From: Podarcis erhardii
Taxonomy: Eukaryota
Assembly: GCA_964252035.1 (NCBI GenBank)
Contig: OZ176209.1
Length of the DNA stretch: 64,000 nucleotides
Direction: 5' to 3' (one strand)
The position numbers and the translations under genes were made by a program. The number at the start of each line of letters is the position of its first letter. The first letter of the stretch is position 1. Below are positions 13,083 through 24,319 of the stretch, in pieces. Under the pieces are notes generated by a model. It worked only from the letters and a program-made list of their open reading frames with translations, searched no databases and was not told the DNA's origin.

Positions 13083-14639
13083 TTATTTATGACACATGGT
13101 AACAATAAAGGGATCATATGTGCATTCAGAAATGGTTAATCTTCATACTATTGCTATTAAATAATGGCTTTTCCAACAGTAACAGATCTTAAAGGCAGGC
13201 GGTTGGTAAAGTGAATTAAACACAAAGTTGGTTTGGGAAAGTAATGGCAACTTTTGGTTTAGAGTCTGGGGCATGGGCAGCCATTTTAAAGCACCCTTCC
13301 ACTCATTTAAATAACTTTCTTGTGAGCTGGCTTGGATTGTTCATTATCACAAGTTCCAGAATATCTTTGCTATATGTCTCTGACGTGTTTCCACCCTAAT
13401 GGCTGCTAATGAAATTCTGCCAGAAAGTTGACTTTATTCTTTGACTTTATTGTACATGATTGCAGATCTGCTTGACAGAACAGTTCTAGAGTCACTTACA
13501 CCATGTCTCTCTTTGGTTAAGAATTGCTTATTAATTCATTGTGCAGGAAGAACAAAAAGGTCATCCCCACTCCTTAAAGATGATTAACTGCCTGAATGAG
13601 CTCTTGTAGCTGCTCTGGATATTTGTGATAGGATTTAGTTTTTAGGAATTAAGTATCTCTAGAGATTACAAAGGATTTTATAATCCCTTTTCTTGGGAGG
13701 GGGTGCATAATATGTTTATCCACAGGCTTGTTGGCAGGTTTGCTTGACTAAGTTGTGGAGGTCCCCAAAGTGTGTAGTCATAACACTAATGCAATATGGG
13801 GATGAAGCACAGTGCAGGAAACATTTAAGCACAATTTCATTTTCCACATCTGATGGACTTCTGAAAGTTGTCACAGAGAATTTTAATTAAGCATAGGGCT
13901 GAGAGAACTGTAGACCTCCAGATTTTGCTGAACTAAAAGTCCCATCATCCCTGGCTATTGGGCATACGGACTAGGGCTGGAATCCAGCAACATCTAAAGT
14001 GCCCAAGCTTTCTTCCTCTGGGCTGTAAAGCAGCTATTTAAAATATGCAATCAACGGCACACATTTTGTTTAGAGTTGATAATATGAATAATGTTTGTGC
14101 TGACTCTTGTATTGACTCCTTTAAAATACACATTTTCCTAAAATGGTTCCAAGAAGCATATATGTTAAAATGAGGTTCAGATTTGGACCTTGTTGCTTAG
14201 TGTCTTTTATGAATCACATCTTTTAAGATGTTTCAAAAATGCAAATTATCAAAACTATTTTCATTTTTAAAATAAATTTCTGAACATTTGAATGGAGTGT
14301 TCTTTATGAATGCTCTCTTGACACAAAACCAAGTTTTTTTTCCCAGAGTAGCAGTGACATGTTATGTTGCTAAGTAACAAGGCAGAGCTGTATTGCTTTA
14401 TTTTCAGGAAGAAGAGATGGGTTGCTGTTAGCAGCAGTCACATATAAAATGTATAAGTTATTACTGGGGCAGTTAATTCCACCCACCCCCCAGTTTCTGC
14501 AATAAAATGTAATTATTTTCTATGGCATGTTGAACCATTGCTTGCCAAGCTGATGGATACAATTGTGTTATTCTTACATTAATAACTTGTGTATTTCAGG
14601 ATGTTGATAAACATAAGATAAACGTTATTTATAGCTCCA

Positions 14640-14758
14640 TTCATAGAGTATGGGACTCTTAATCTCAGGGTCATGAGTTCTAGCCCCATGAAGAGTAAAA
14701 GAAGGGGGTTGGACTAGGTGACCCTCGTGGTCCCTTCCAACTCCACAATTCTATGAAA
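14640..14758 (+). mobile_element. Decayed tRNA-head SINE with CR1-type tail
   Basis: gactcttaatctcagggtcatgagttctagcccc (tRNA-like, B-box remnant) followed by ggttggactaggtgaccctcgtggtcccttccaactccacaattctatga. Confidence 0.6.
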
Positions 14759-14859
14759 TCAAATCAAAATAGTTAGCTTCTGCTATTTCAGCTTCTGCTT
14801 TCCTTTGGTCACTTCTGTCCCCATCTGCTGCCTGATAACTTTGATCACCATCAAGCTCT

Positions 14860-15500
14860 TCTGATATTGCTGAGTCTGCAGCCAACTCTATTTCTCACCC
14901 CCTGATTAAGAATCAATTGAAGATCTCTTCTGTTTCTTGTATGTTTCTCCTTCTGTCATCACCTTATAAGATTGAGGAGTTATTTCTCAAGAGACTGCAG
15001 CCTTTTGTCCCCACTTCTGCTTTCTTGAGCATTCTTTTGAAGACCTTGACACCATGTTCCACCAGCCCATTAGACTGTGGCTATCTAAGACTTCAAGCTG
15101 GTTGGTTGGCAGCCATCTGACTTGGGAGACCATGGAGGTAATGTGCCTGAAACCATATTGTTGTGCAAATGCTTTCAAGTCAAGCAATCAAACTGGGGAG
15201 CAATATCAGACATGACTAGAGGAAGTATGCTATGTCTTGAAAAAATAGATTTGAGATGCAAAATGACATGGGCAGTTGTGTTGTGTAACAATCCATTTTA
15301 TGGAAAATGGGAACAGTATTCCAGAACCAGTATGTAGTTGTATCCAGCATGGAAGAACAAATCTTTCAGGGAGAAGGAAAAAGCTAGTGTGTTCTTTGCA
15401 AAGAACAAGAAGTTCAGCCTTCTCCTGTTGCACACAATCACCTACATTTCCTGAGCTTTTCTGGACAATCCAGAGTGATCCTAATTTGGTTAAAGCACTT
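14860..15500 (-). mobile_element. Gypsy-type LTR retrotransposon integrase relic
   Basis: Minus strand reads DLF..GYNYILVLEY.SHFP...TTAHVILHLKSIFSRH...VMSD.APQF...AFAQQYGFRHITS..PQSNGLVE.GVK.FK.ML.KA (integrase core). Boundaries approximate. Confidence 0.7.
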
Positions 15501-15509
15501 GAGCTTTGA

Positions 15510-15690
15510 CCTTATTGGTATCTGCCTGTGGCAGAAGACAATGAGGGAATGTGCCTTTGGGGTGAAGTCAAACTGTTGGAAGGTTGCAGTGCCTGCTGTA
15601 ACTGTAGAGACCAATGTGGGAGAGACATGTTTTGTTGCAGCTGGGGCAGGTGAAGGCCTCTTGAATGGCTGCTGAACTGAAAGCTTTGTG
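15510..15690 (-). mobile_element. RTE-clade LINE 3' fragment next to or inside the Gypsy relic
   Basis: Minus strand AFTCPSCNKTCLSHIGLYSYSRHCN* (RTE C-terminal Cys/His motif) followed by a short 3' UTR. Confidence 0.6.
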
Positions 15691-17995
15691 TCACAACCGG
15701 TAAATCAGTAAAATAGCAGTTCCATCTATACCAATAGTGCATGCATGATTCTTCCCCTTTATTGTAAACTTTTCCACTGAGCCCTTCCCCACTTAATCTC
15801 TGGGTCAGTTTACCAAGATGATTTGTTTAGCACAGGGGATTAATTAGGTCCATGTCTGTTTCTTCCTGTGGTGTGTTACCTTTTAGTATTCATGATGATT
15901 CAACCCATAGCAACCAGTTTCACTGAATGAGATGCACATGTTCAGAGCGGGGGGAAATATAGCACTATTTTGCACTCGAGAGAGAAGGACTTTTCATTGG
16001 GTTTAGTTCAAACATTACTTCTAATTTGCTATGTAAGAAAGAGGAAAGTTTAAAAGTATTACCTGCCCGAAGGTAGGATTTTATGCCGTGTAAATAGAGT
16101 ATGTAAATTCCCTTCATTCTCCCTCTGCTGGATCAGCAGCATGCAGTGCCAAGAACTAAACAGAAAAGGTACTTTAGTGTCTACTACCCTGGGTAATACA
16201 TTGAGATCAATAGGCAATGGAGAGAAAAAAATAAGTATGTTCTATAGCCAGCAGGATTTCAACCTTAATATCTAAGTTATTCAAATATCTAAACTACTGA
16301 ATTACTTTTCTAGTCATTAGCCCCACTAATGCATGAGAAACATAATACCACAGACATGGCAAAATTATTTGCTGCTTCATTCAGCGCATAATGAACTGGA
16401 GTAAATGAATCACTTTTTGAATTTACTGTTCATAAATTTATCTATAGAATGTTTTGAATAAGGAGTAACATTGAAATAAGAGTATTGACCCAATTAATGC
16501 TTTTATTTCCAAGTATGTATCTTGCATCTTCTGTTCCATTGTATGCTAGTCCTTTGTGGAGCAGAGCACCATGGATGTAGCTGGTCAGCTGTGTTTTGCC
16601 TCGCACCACCTTGCTGTAGGGCTGACGGATGAACTGGTGTCCTTATGCTCCAGTGATTCTAAGTCATTGAAACAGCTGCCAGAGAAGAGCACTACAGCTG
16701 CTGTCATTTGCTCTGGGGCTTCCAGTTGGCAAAGATACAGAACCACCTTTAAAAAAAATCTTGATCTTGTACTTGGCACATCTGTTTGTGTTCTGACAAA
16801 GCATGTAGAACAATTACATATCTTGTAAGTTTAAGACATTATCTGAAATGTGAATTTTCACTTCAGTGTTGTAAGAAAAACAATAATTTCGTATGACAAC
16901 TTTGTATTTAACTTATTTCTATACGTGCAACCTGAGGGTTTTTTAAAATGTAATGCTATGTACTGTACATATGATTTGATGGTTGCTATAGAAACTTGGA
17001 AGTTAGTTTATTTATTGCCAGTGAAGCTTTTAAAAATAGGTCTATCCTAATTCTCAGTAAAGTAAACCTGAACCATTTCCTATAAAATTAATAATGAATT
17101 GCCACTATAGGAGCCACAAAATCTAAGCATATGTTGGCATCGAGAACATTCTGTGTTTGAAAGGAAATCTTTAAAATATATAAATCCTTTGTTCTTGTCA
17201 GTGAAGCACACTATGTGCTTTTTGAACTGGTCCCTATTAATAGAAGAGATATTTGTCTACACCAGAGCAAAATGTAAACTCACACCGACCTGTCTCCCCA
17301 TTAATGAAGGGACATCCAAACAGTGGCCCCCCTTCCCGGTATTTGGTGTCATAGTACTCAGATAGTAATCTATTCCACTCCAGATCATAATAATATAGTA
17401 GGCAAAAGTATCTTAGGTATGTCACCTATTCAGGGAACTGAATTATCTTCTTCAGCTTGAGCAACATCAAGGCTGTAGCTCTTGGGATGGGATAGTGAGG
17501 AATTCCTTATGGAGGTGGTCTCCTCAGCTGGAGAAGTGGAGGAGACGGAGGAAGTGGCAGGCAACAGCTGCAGATGATGGTGAGTGGTGTGTTCCCCAGG
17601 GCCTGGATCTGCCACCCTTCTCAGTTGTCTTCAGCCTGCCTCTTGGGACAATCGCCTCACTATGCCTCATGGGCAGGCCAGCCCTGAGTTGGCAGTAATA
17701 TGGAATACTGTTAATGCATTTTTTTTAATGTTAGAATTTTATTAATAATTATGACAGCTGCAGAGTTATCTTTTTAAATTTAATTTTTACAGGGTGCACA
17801 TAATTTACATGAAGAGATTTGGATGGCATTCATAACCGCAAGAAATTGACACATTCAGCCTTTAGAAATTACCACATTCTAAATTATTCCTTACTGTATA
17901 TACCTTTTGACTTTCTATCCAGAAAAATACCATCATTATTACTGTATACTTGAGAGATATAGCAAAATATATTTGACCACTTTATATTTAATATA

Positions 17996-18264
17996 CTGTA
18001 TTGGCCCAAATATAAGCTGCATCTGAATATAAGCCACACCTTTAAAATTCAAGGGGAGAATAGAAAAAAAGACAATACCCGAATATAAGCCACTCCCTTA
18101 AAATTCTGCAGGCACTCACACCCGTTCCATTTTACCGTATTTCTGTTTCAGCAGCGATATCATAAAAACCAGTTTTTGTAAGGCTGCAAATTTAAGCCAC
18201 ACTTTAACTTTTCATGGTCAGAATTTGGGAAAAAAAGGTGAGGCTTATATTCAGGCCAATATGA
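17996..18264. mobile_element. Tc1/mariner (pogo/Tc2-like, CCGTA-type ends) MITE, 269 bp
   Basis: TIRs ctgtattggcccaaatataagc / gcttatattcaggccaatatga (CpG-decayed), TA on both sides, internal repeats of gaatataagccac. Confidence 0.75.
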
Positions 18265-19561
18265 TACTGTATTTGTATTTAAGTGCATTAGAAACTTCAT
18301 ATTGTGAGAAATCTAGGAAACTTCTTTAGAGAGAAATATGGGAATTTTTACCATTTCCGTCTACTTTTTTACTACACCTTTTGGAGTAGTATTGGTGAAA
18401 AGTTCATGAAAATTCCTGGTTATTTGCAAGCTGAACTAACTGAGCCTAACCACTGTACATTATAATCTATACAGTAAAGTGACACATTCATATGTTAATC
18501 TGCAGTAAAAAAAGAGCACTAGCTCCATTTGATAATGTTTCACTGTGGATCCTCTCACAATTTCTACTGTCTTTTCTATCCCTTGAAGCATTTCAGTTTC
18601 ATTCTTTCCTCTCTTCTCATTTTCTTCCCACCCGTAAGCTGGGTACAGAGCAGAATGAGCTGCAAATTCAGATTAAATTGCTGAGCCAGGTGGGAGGGAG
18701 CAAAGCAGAAAATGGACGGAACAAAGCAGTTATGTGAAAAGGAATTTGGGTGGGTTGTTAAACCGAGTAGGAGAGAGGAAATTATGGAGAAAAGGTTATC
18801 AAACTTGAAATAGGAATTCAGAATTTAAGTGAGAGAAAGTGAAGGATGGGGGGGTGGAATCGAGTAGGAAAGAATTTTAAAATGCATATACAATGGTGCC
18901 TCGGGTTAAGTACTTAATTCATTGCGGAGGTCCATTCTTAACCTGAAACTGTTCTTAACCTGAAGCCCCACTTTAGCTAATGGGGACTACTGCTGCCACT
19001 GCGCCGCCGCTGCATGATTTCTGTTCTTATCCTGAAGCAAAGTTCTTAACCCAAGGTAATATTTCTGGGTTAGCAGAGTCTGTAACCTGAAAAACAAAAT
19101 AAAAAAATTCCTTCCAGTAGCACCTTAAAGACCAACTAAGTTAGTTCTTGGTATGAGCTTTTGTGTGCATTCACACTTCTTCAGATACACTGAGACAGAA
19201 GTCACCAGACCCTTCTATATAGTGAAAAGGTGGGGAGGGGTAATACTCAGAAGGGTGGTGGGAATGGATGATTGGCAGATAGCTGTGATGAGCCTGTTGA
19301 CGACTCTTAACGACTGCAATAGGTCTTACAGGAAAAAGCAAGGGGTGAGAAGGTGAAAAATGGCTTTGTCATGTATAATGAGATAAGAATCCAATGTCTT
19401 TGTTCAGACCAGGTCTCTCCATGGTTTTAAGTTTGGTAATAAGTTGCAATTCAGCAGCTTCTCTTTCCACAGATAGGTAGCCGTGTTGGTCTGCCATAGT
19501 CAAAACAAAATAAAAATATTCCTTCCAGTAGCACCTTAAAGACCAACTAAGTTAGTTCTTG

Positions 19562-19599
19562 GTATGAGCTTTCGTGTGCATGCACACTTCTTCAGATAC
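19562..19599 (-). ncRNA. Minimal type I hammerhead-ribozyme motif (PLE family A), antisense to ANKS1B
   Basis: Reverse complement GTAT CTGAAGA A GTGTGC AT GCACAC GAA AGCT C/ATAC: core boxes, palindromic helix II, palindromic AGCT helix III, 4-bp helix I. Confidence 0.7.
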
Positions 19600-19655
19600 A
19601 CTGAGACAGAAGTCTGGTGACTTCTGTAGAAGGGGCTGGTGACTTCTGTCTCAGT

Positions 19656-19693
19656 GTACCTGAAGAAGTGTGCATGCACACGAAAGCTCATAC
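19656..19693 (+). ncRNA. Minimal hammerhead motif (PLE family A), sense; first helix I pair mismatched
   Basis: GTAC CTGAAGA A GTGTGCATGCACAC GAA AGCT C/ATAC; predicted cleavage after 19689. Confidence 0.6.
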
Positions 19694-20412
19694 CAAGAAC
19701 TAACTTAGTTGGTCTTTAAGGTGCTACTGGAAGGAATTTTTTTATTTTGTTTTGACTATGGCAGACCAACACGGCTACCTATCTGTAACTGTAACCTGAA
19801 GCGTATGCAACCGGAGGTACCACTATATATGGCAGTATTCTGAATACTGACAATAAGCAAACACAAATCATTACTTTCCCTGGCCTATAATACATGTATT
19901 GTGTATTTTGCTTTTCTAGCAATTCACACATAAACATCTTGATCAATCACTGTCTTGTAGAGTTGAGATATTAGGAAGCTACCTAATTCATCCTTTTTTC
20001 CTGTGGCAGGATTAACTACACCCAAGGTATCCATGACAGGTGTTTATCCAATCTGTTTTTGTTTTCTGTCCTAGAATGCAGCCCCATCTTTGGGCAATTT
20101 CTTTCATGGTTCTTGTGATGGATAGACATTATCTCCAGACATCAACAAAAACCACGTGCCCTATTTCTTAACCCATTTTCTTATCTCTTGTTCTTAGAGA
20201 ACTTGCCCTCCATACCATTTATCATCTTTAAACATTTTCAGTCTTTTCTGAAGCTGGGCAGCATCCCTCTTAACATAAAGTAGTAAAAAAAAGTTGGCTG
20301 CCTAACCACACAATTCTATACTTGTATCCTCAGAAGTAAATCCCATTGAGTTCAGTAGGGATACTCTCATGCAAGCAGTTATAGGATTGCAGTTAAATAG
20401 TGCTATATTCAT

Positions 20413-20513
20413 AGTTACAGTATCTGAAGAAGTGTGCATGCACACGAAAGCTCATACCAAGAACTGACTTAGTTGGTCTTTAAGGTGCTACTGGAAGGAA
20501 TTTGTTTTGTTTT
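20413..20513 (+). mobile_element. 101-bp solo Penelope pLTR fragment with 12-bp target-site duplication
   Basis: TGCTATATTCAT at 20401-20412 and 20514-20525; the interior is the family A hammerhead plus downstream pLTR. Confidence 0.85.
20420..20457 (+). ncRNA. Minimal hammerhead motif (PLE family A), sense, intact
   Basis: GTAT CTGAAGA A GTGTGCATGCACAC GAA AGCT C/ATAC; predicted cleavage after 20453. Confidence 0.7.
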
Positions 20514-20945
20514 TGCTATATTCATGTTTGGTTGGGGGGGGGGGAGAACAACAGCACCAGCAATCTAAGAAAGTGCAGCAAATCTCAAAAGGTGCAGAGA
20601 AACCTATATTGAAGTACTCCAGAATACTCCTGATTCATTTCAAGCATGAGCCAAAACTCTCACCAGGAGAAATTATCTCATGCAGGAGACATAAAATGAC
20701 CAACAACTGCCTGCGATAAATAGTTGCATCATATATGAAATTTGTCAGGCATTACAAAATGTTCCAGATTGATTCAATAAATCCGTTTCTTAGCGTTTTT
20801 GAAGGTTTGCCTTACCTTCGTGGATTTCTGTGATTCTCTTTATAATTTACACATGAGCTGAGTCTTTCCTTTGGTATCCCTGTGGAAAGCTCTATGGGAA
20901 TAGATGTGTCACCACTCTCACCAAGCCCTGCTCCTCACAGCCTAC

Positions 20946-21520
20946 ATGGGCCTTCTGGAGGGTCCGAGGTGCCTGCCTCAGGCACGCCCTCCAGCAGCCT
21001 CCTAAAGGCCTCCTGGCCAGCCCAAGCCTGGCCACCCTGTCAATGATGCAGAAGAAGAAAAATGTACAGCTGGCACGATGCTGCCCTACTCTTGGCCATG
21101 ATCACCCTGGTCATCCAGCACACCCCAGAGAAGAGGCTGCCTTTGCAACAGATCATTGCAGATATCTAGGCCCTCTTCCCCATTTCCAGCAACAGCTGCC
21201 AGAGCTGGAAGGATTCAATTTGCCAAAACCCCTGCTTCAGTTTGAAGCTCAAGGACCCATTGAAACCTAACAGCAACTGGAACTATTGGATGGTGGACAT
21301 GGCCCGCACCCCTCCAATGCCCTCAAGTTGCAGAACATCCCCATCTCCCATCGCAGCAAAGTGGCTTTCACCCAAGACCTGCCCCCTAACATGCTGCATT
21401 CCTCTCCTTACCCAGCACCTCTAGACCTCCCCGGCAAGCCCCACCTGGGAGGCGCATTTATGCTGGAAAACCTCCACCTTGGACTCCAAACCCTGGAGTA
21501 TCGGCCTCAAATTTTGCTGT
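20946..21520 (+). pseudogene. FOXH1: Intronless decayed FOXH1 copy (probable processed pseudogene)
   Basis: Stitched frames: KKK..HD..PY-LAMITLVIQHTPEKRLPLQQIIADI*ALFP....CQSWKDSICQN..CF..KDPLKPNS.WNYWMVDMAR.P.NALKLQN..ISHR..AFTQDLPPNMLH...FMLENL. KDP.KP, ALKLQN and F.QDL.P fit FoxH1 specifically. Stop at 21167-21169, frameshifts near 21090 and 21315. Ends uncertain. Confidence 0.8.
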
Positions 21521-24319
21521 GAGACTGAAAGACCCACTCCCTTCCTTGCAGGCCTTTTCTCACTTTGTCTTGGGAGGGCAAAGCCCTGATTGCAGCTACA
21601 AAAGCTGAGGCTACTGAAGAGGCCCATAGACCACCTTGGCTGTCTCTTAGTGCAGACCCAAGTCATTGGGAGAGAAACTGGAGAGGGGCGTCCTTAGGGG
21701 AGGAAAAGTTGCCACCATTTCCTGTTTTGGCTACATTAAGCTGCTGGGCATAGAAAGTTGAAGTAGTTGTGTAATGGATTTTCCTCATGCACACCCTGTT
21801 GCCATAGGATTGCTCTGTAATTGCATCTTGGCCAAAAACATGTATGAGACACTGCACTAGAATTCTATAAATTGGATGTGTACTGTGTAGTTGAATAATT
21901 GTCCCATAATTCACAGTGCTTAGAATTAATTTACTTTTAAAGCAAAGCAGTCAGTTAGTTTAATGTTGCAGTTCATGCAAGAAATATGGATACATAAAAA
22001 GAATCCCAAGAGTTTATGTAAAAATACTGCATTACAATTTAAATAATAGTTTTCTGGTAGTTTACTCCACATCTACTCTTCTGATTCATTATTAAAAATA
22101 ATTCCAATTATTTCCATGTTGTGCCAAATTAATGTTGTCAGTATGCTGTTTTATGCACAAGAAAAGATATCATGGAAAGTTGTTTAGATATTGTAGATTA
22201 ATATACCTACCTCTTGCTTTTTATCATATAAATTATTAGTCTTTTATTTCTTCCAGATAAAAACTGTCCATATCCAGCAGTGATTCAAGAGTTGTTGCCT
22301 TCTTTCAAAATACATTGTTACAGGCATTATTTCTAATTAGAACACTTTTTTAAAAATTGCATGTTCTACAAACTACTGCTTTGGCAAAGCTGTGTATGTG
22401 TGTGCGTGTGTCTTTTCAAAACACTTTCGCTCCCTGTTAAAATATGTGTCTCCTATTGATTTTGTCTTTTGCACTCATATATGAAGGGTTTGGAACGGTT
22501 CAAAAAGGCGCAGGTTCATGGGGGAAGGCAAGTCGTAATCCAACCGCTGAGGCAAATATATCCAAAGTTACTTCAAGTTCACACTAATCCAATAGAATGG
22601 CAGAATGGGCTAAAATAAATAAAGTTCCAGTTTTCCACCTTGAAAGATGGGACCACTTTGTGTGCCACTGTGCACACAAATGGGGAGAGCCCCCATCACT
22701 TCCTCTCTCCAGCTTCTGAGAGATTATAGCTTGACATGGGGTTCAGTGGGAGACCATCAGGGGCTATGTTGGATCCTGGGGTGTGGGAACAGGCAGACAG
22801 AGCAGACCAAACAGGAAACTTACAGTCTGGTCTGTGCCTAGCTTTTAAAGGCAGATTGTTTGTTTCACTACATCTGGACAGTTCCACCCTCCTTCAATTC
22901 TCATCCCTTGCTTTGGATGTTCATTAGCCACCAGTTGAAGGGGGCTGGGAAGGAATTTTCCCCATATCCTTTACTAGCCTTAGGAATGTGGGGCTTTCAC
23001 CTTCCCTGGAGCAAGGACTTTGTATTCATATTGTGTCATTTACAGTTCCCAATCTTCTGTTGTTACAACAATGATGGCAGGTAGGCATTGAGCAGGATTT
23101 CCAAGAAGGAAATGGAGAACATCCCTAAAGGTCTTGGGAGGTGTTGCACTATGGCACCAGCCCCATCTCTGGGCACTGCTGCCACTACACACCCAAGTTG
23201 ACAGTAGCCACCACTGGAATGGCCAACCCTTATGTGTCTCTGAATTGCTGGTCATCTCCCTGATGGTTGGCACCTAGCAGGTGGGCTGGGTGTGGACACT
23301 GTGACCAGTAATGGGAGTCTCTCCTGTGCCATGCCAGACTTTGGGATTGTTGTTTCCAATGAAGTTGTGGCCATTTTTAAGCCACACTCAGACTCTGTGT
23401 GTTATTCCAAGTGAGGGAGGGGTTTCCAAAAACAATACAGTACAGAACACAAATGAGCCTGAATATAAATACAAAATAAAAATACTTAACAAGAATAATT
23501 ATATTTAGGGGTGGGTGTATTGGTAATATGCTGTGAGAGGGGCATGGAGGGCGTTACCTTATCTCTTATATTATCAATGGTGTGAGTTTACCCTCCTCTG
23601 GCACAGAGGTACTGCTGGTGCAAAGTGTAGAATTTGAAAGGAGGACATGATTCTGAGGCATATAGAGCCTCCCTCTTATGACCAGTCAACATACAGATGG
23701 GTTAAATCTAGCACTGGATCCTTGTTGAAACACACAGTATTTGTGAGAGGTTTCTCCTTCTCTTGGTTCACCATCCCAACCTGACTGGGAATGAGCTTTA
23801 ATTATTTTTCTCTTTGGTGGAAGCATGTCATGTTCTATTCATCTTCTAATGTCAATATTGGATTAGTGTCCTAAACCACAGCTGTTTAGTACCCTGACCT
23901 ATAGTTCCCTGATGAATACAACTGTTACAGTAATGTTTGTGTACTTGGCTACAGTTGGTATTTAAAACCAAAATGAATAGAGTTGGAACAACTTGATGAA
24001 CTGCAACTGAAATTCCTTTGTTAAAGTACAGCTGCCTTAAGTTTAGTGGTATAGTGGTATTAGATCAAAATGTTTTCCTTCTGCTTTATCAATATTGCCA
24101 TTTCTTATGTCAGATTAGTGTCCATTGGCAAAAAGCAGGATATGTGACATTGGAAGACGAGCAGGTGATTGAACCATTTATGTTGTGTGCTAATATTTAT
24201 AAGGCTCTTTACTTATGTTGCGAAAGAACTGATGACTAGTTTGTTGCAAGTTCTGGTTCCTCGGTTATGTATCTCTGTTATGTGGCCTATTATCACTGGT
24301 GAATAGCTGTTTTAGATTA

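Larger units (their letters stand above)
19092..19789 (-). mobile_element. Penelope-like retroelement (family A): 3' end of GIY-YIG ORF plus direct and inverted pseudo-LTR copies
   Basis: Minus strand EREAAELQLITKLKTMERPGLNKDIGFLSHYT* at about 19372-19468; pLTR copies at 19092-19200 and 19471-19614, inverted copy at 19641-19784. Confidence 0.8.
18891..19825. mobile_element. Tigger/pogo-like MITE interrupted by a Penelope-like element
   Basis: TA-caatggtgcctcgggtta ... accggaggtaccacta-TA; same family as 43459-43687. Confidence 0.8.
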
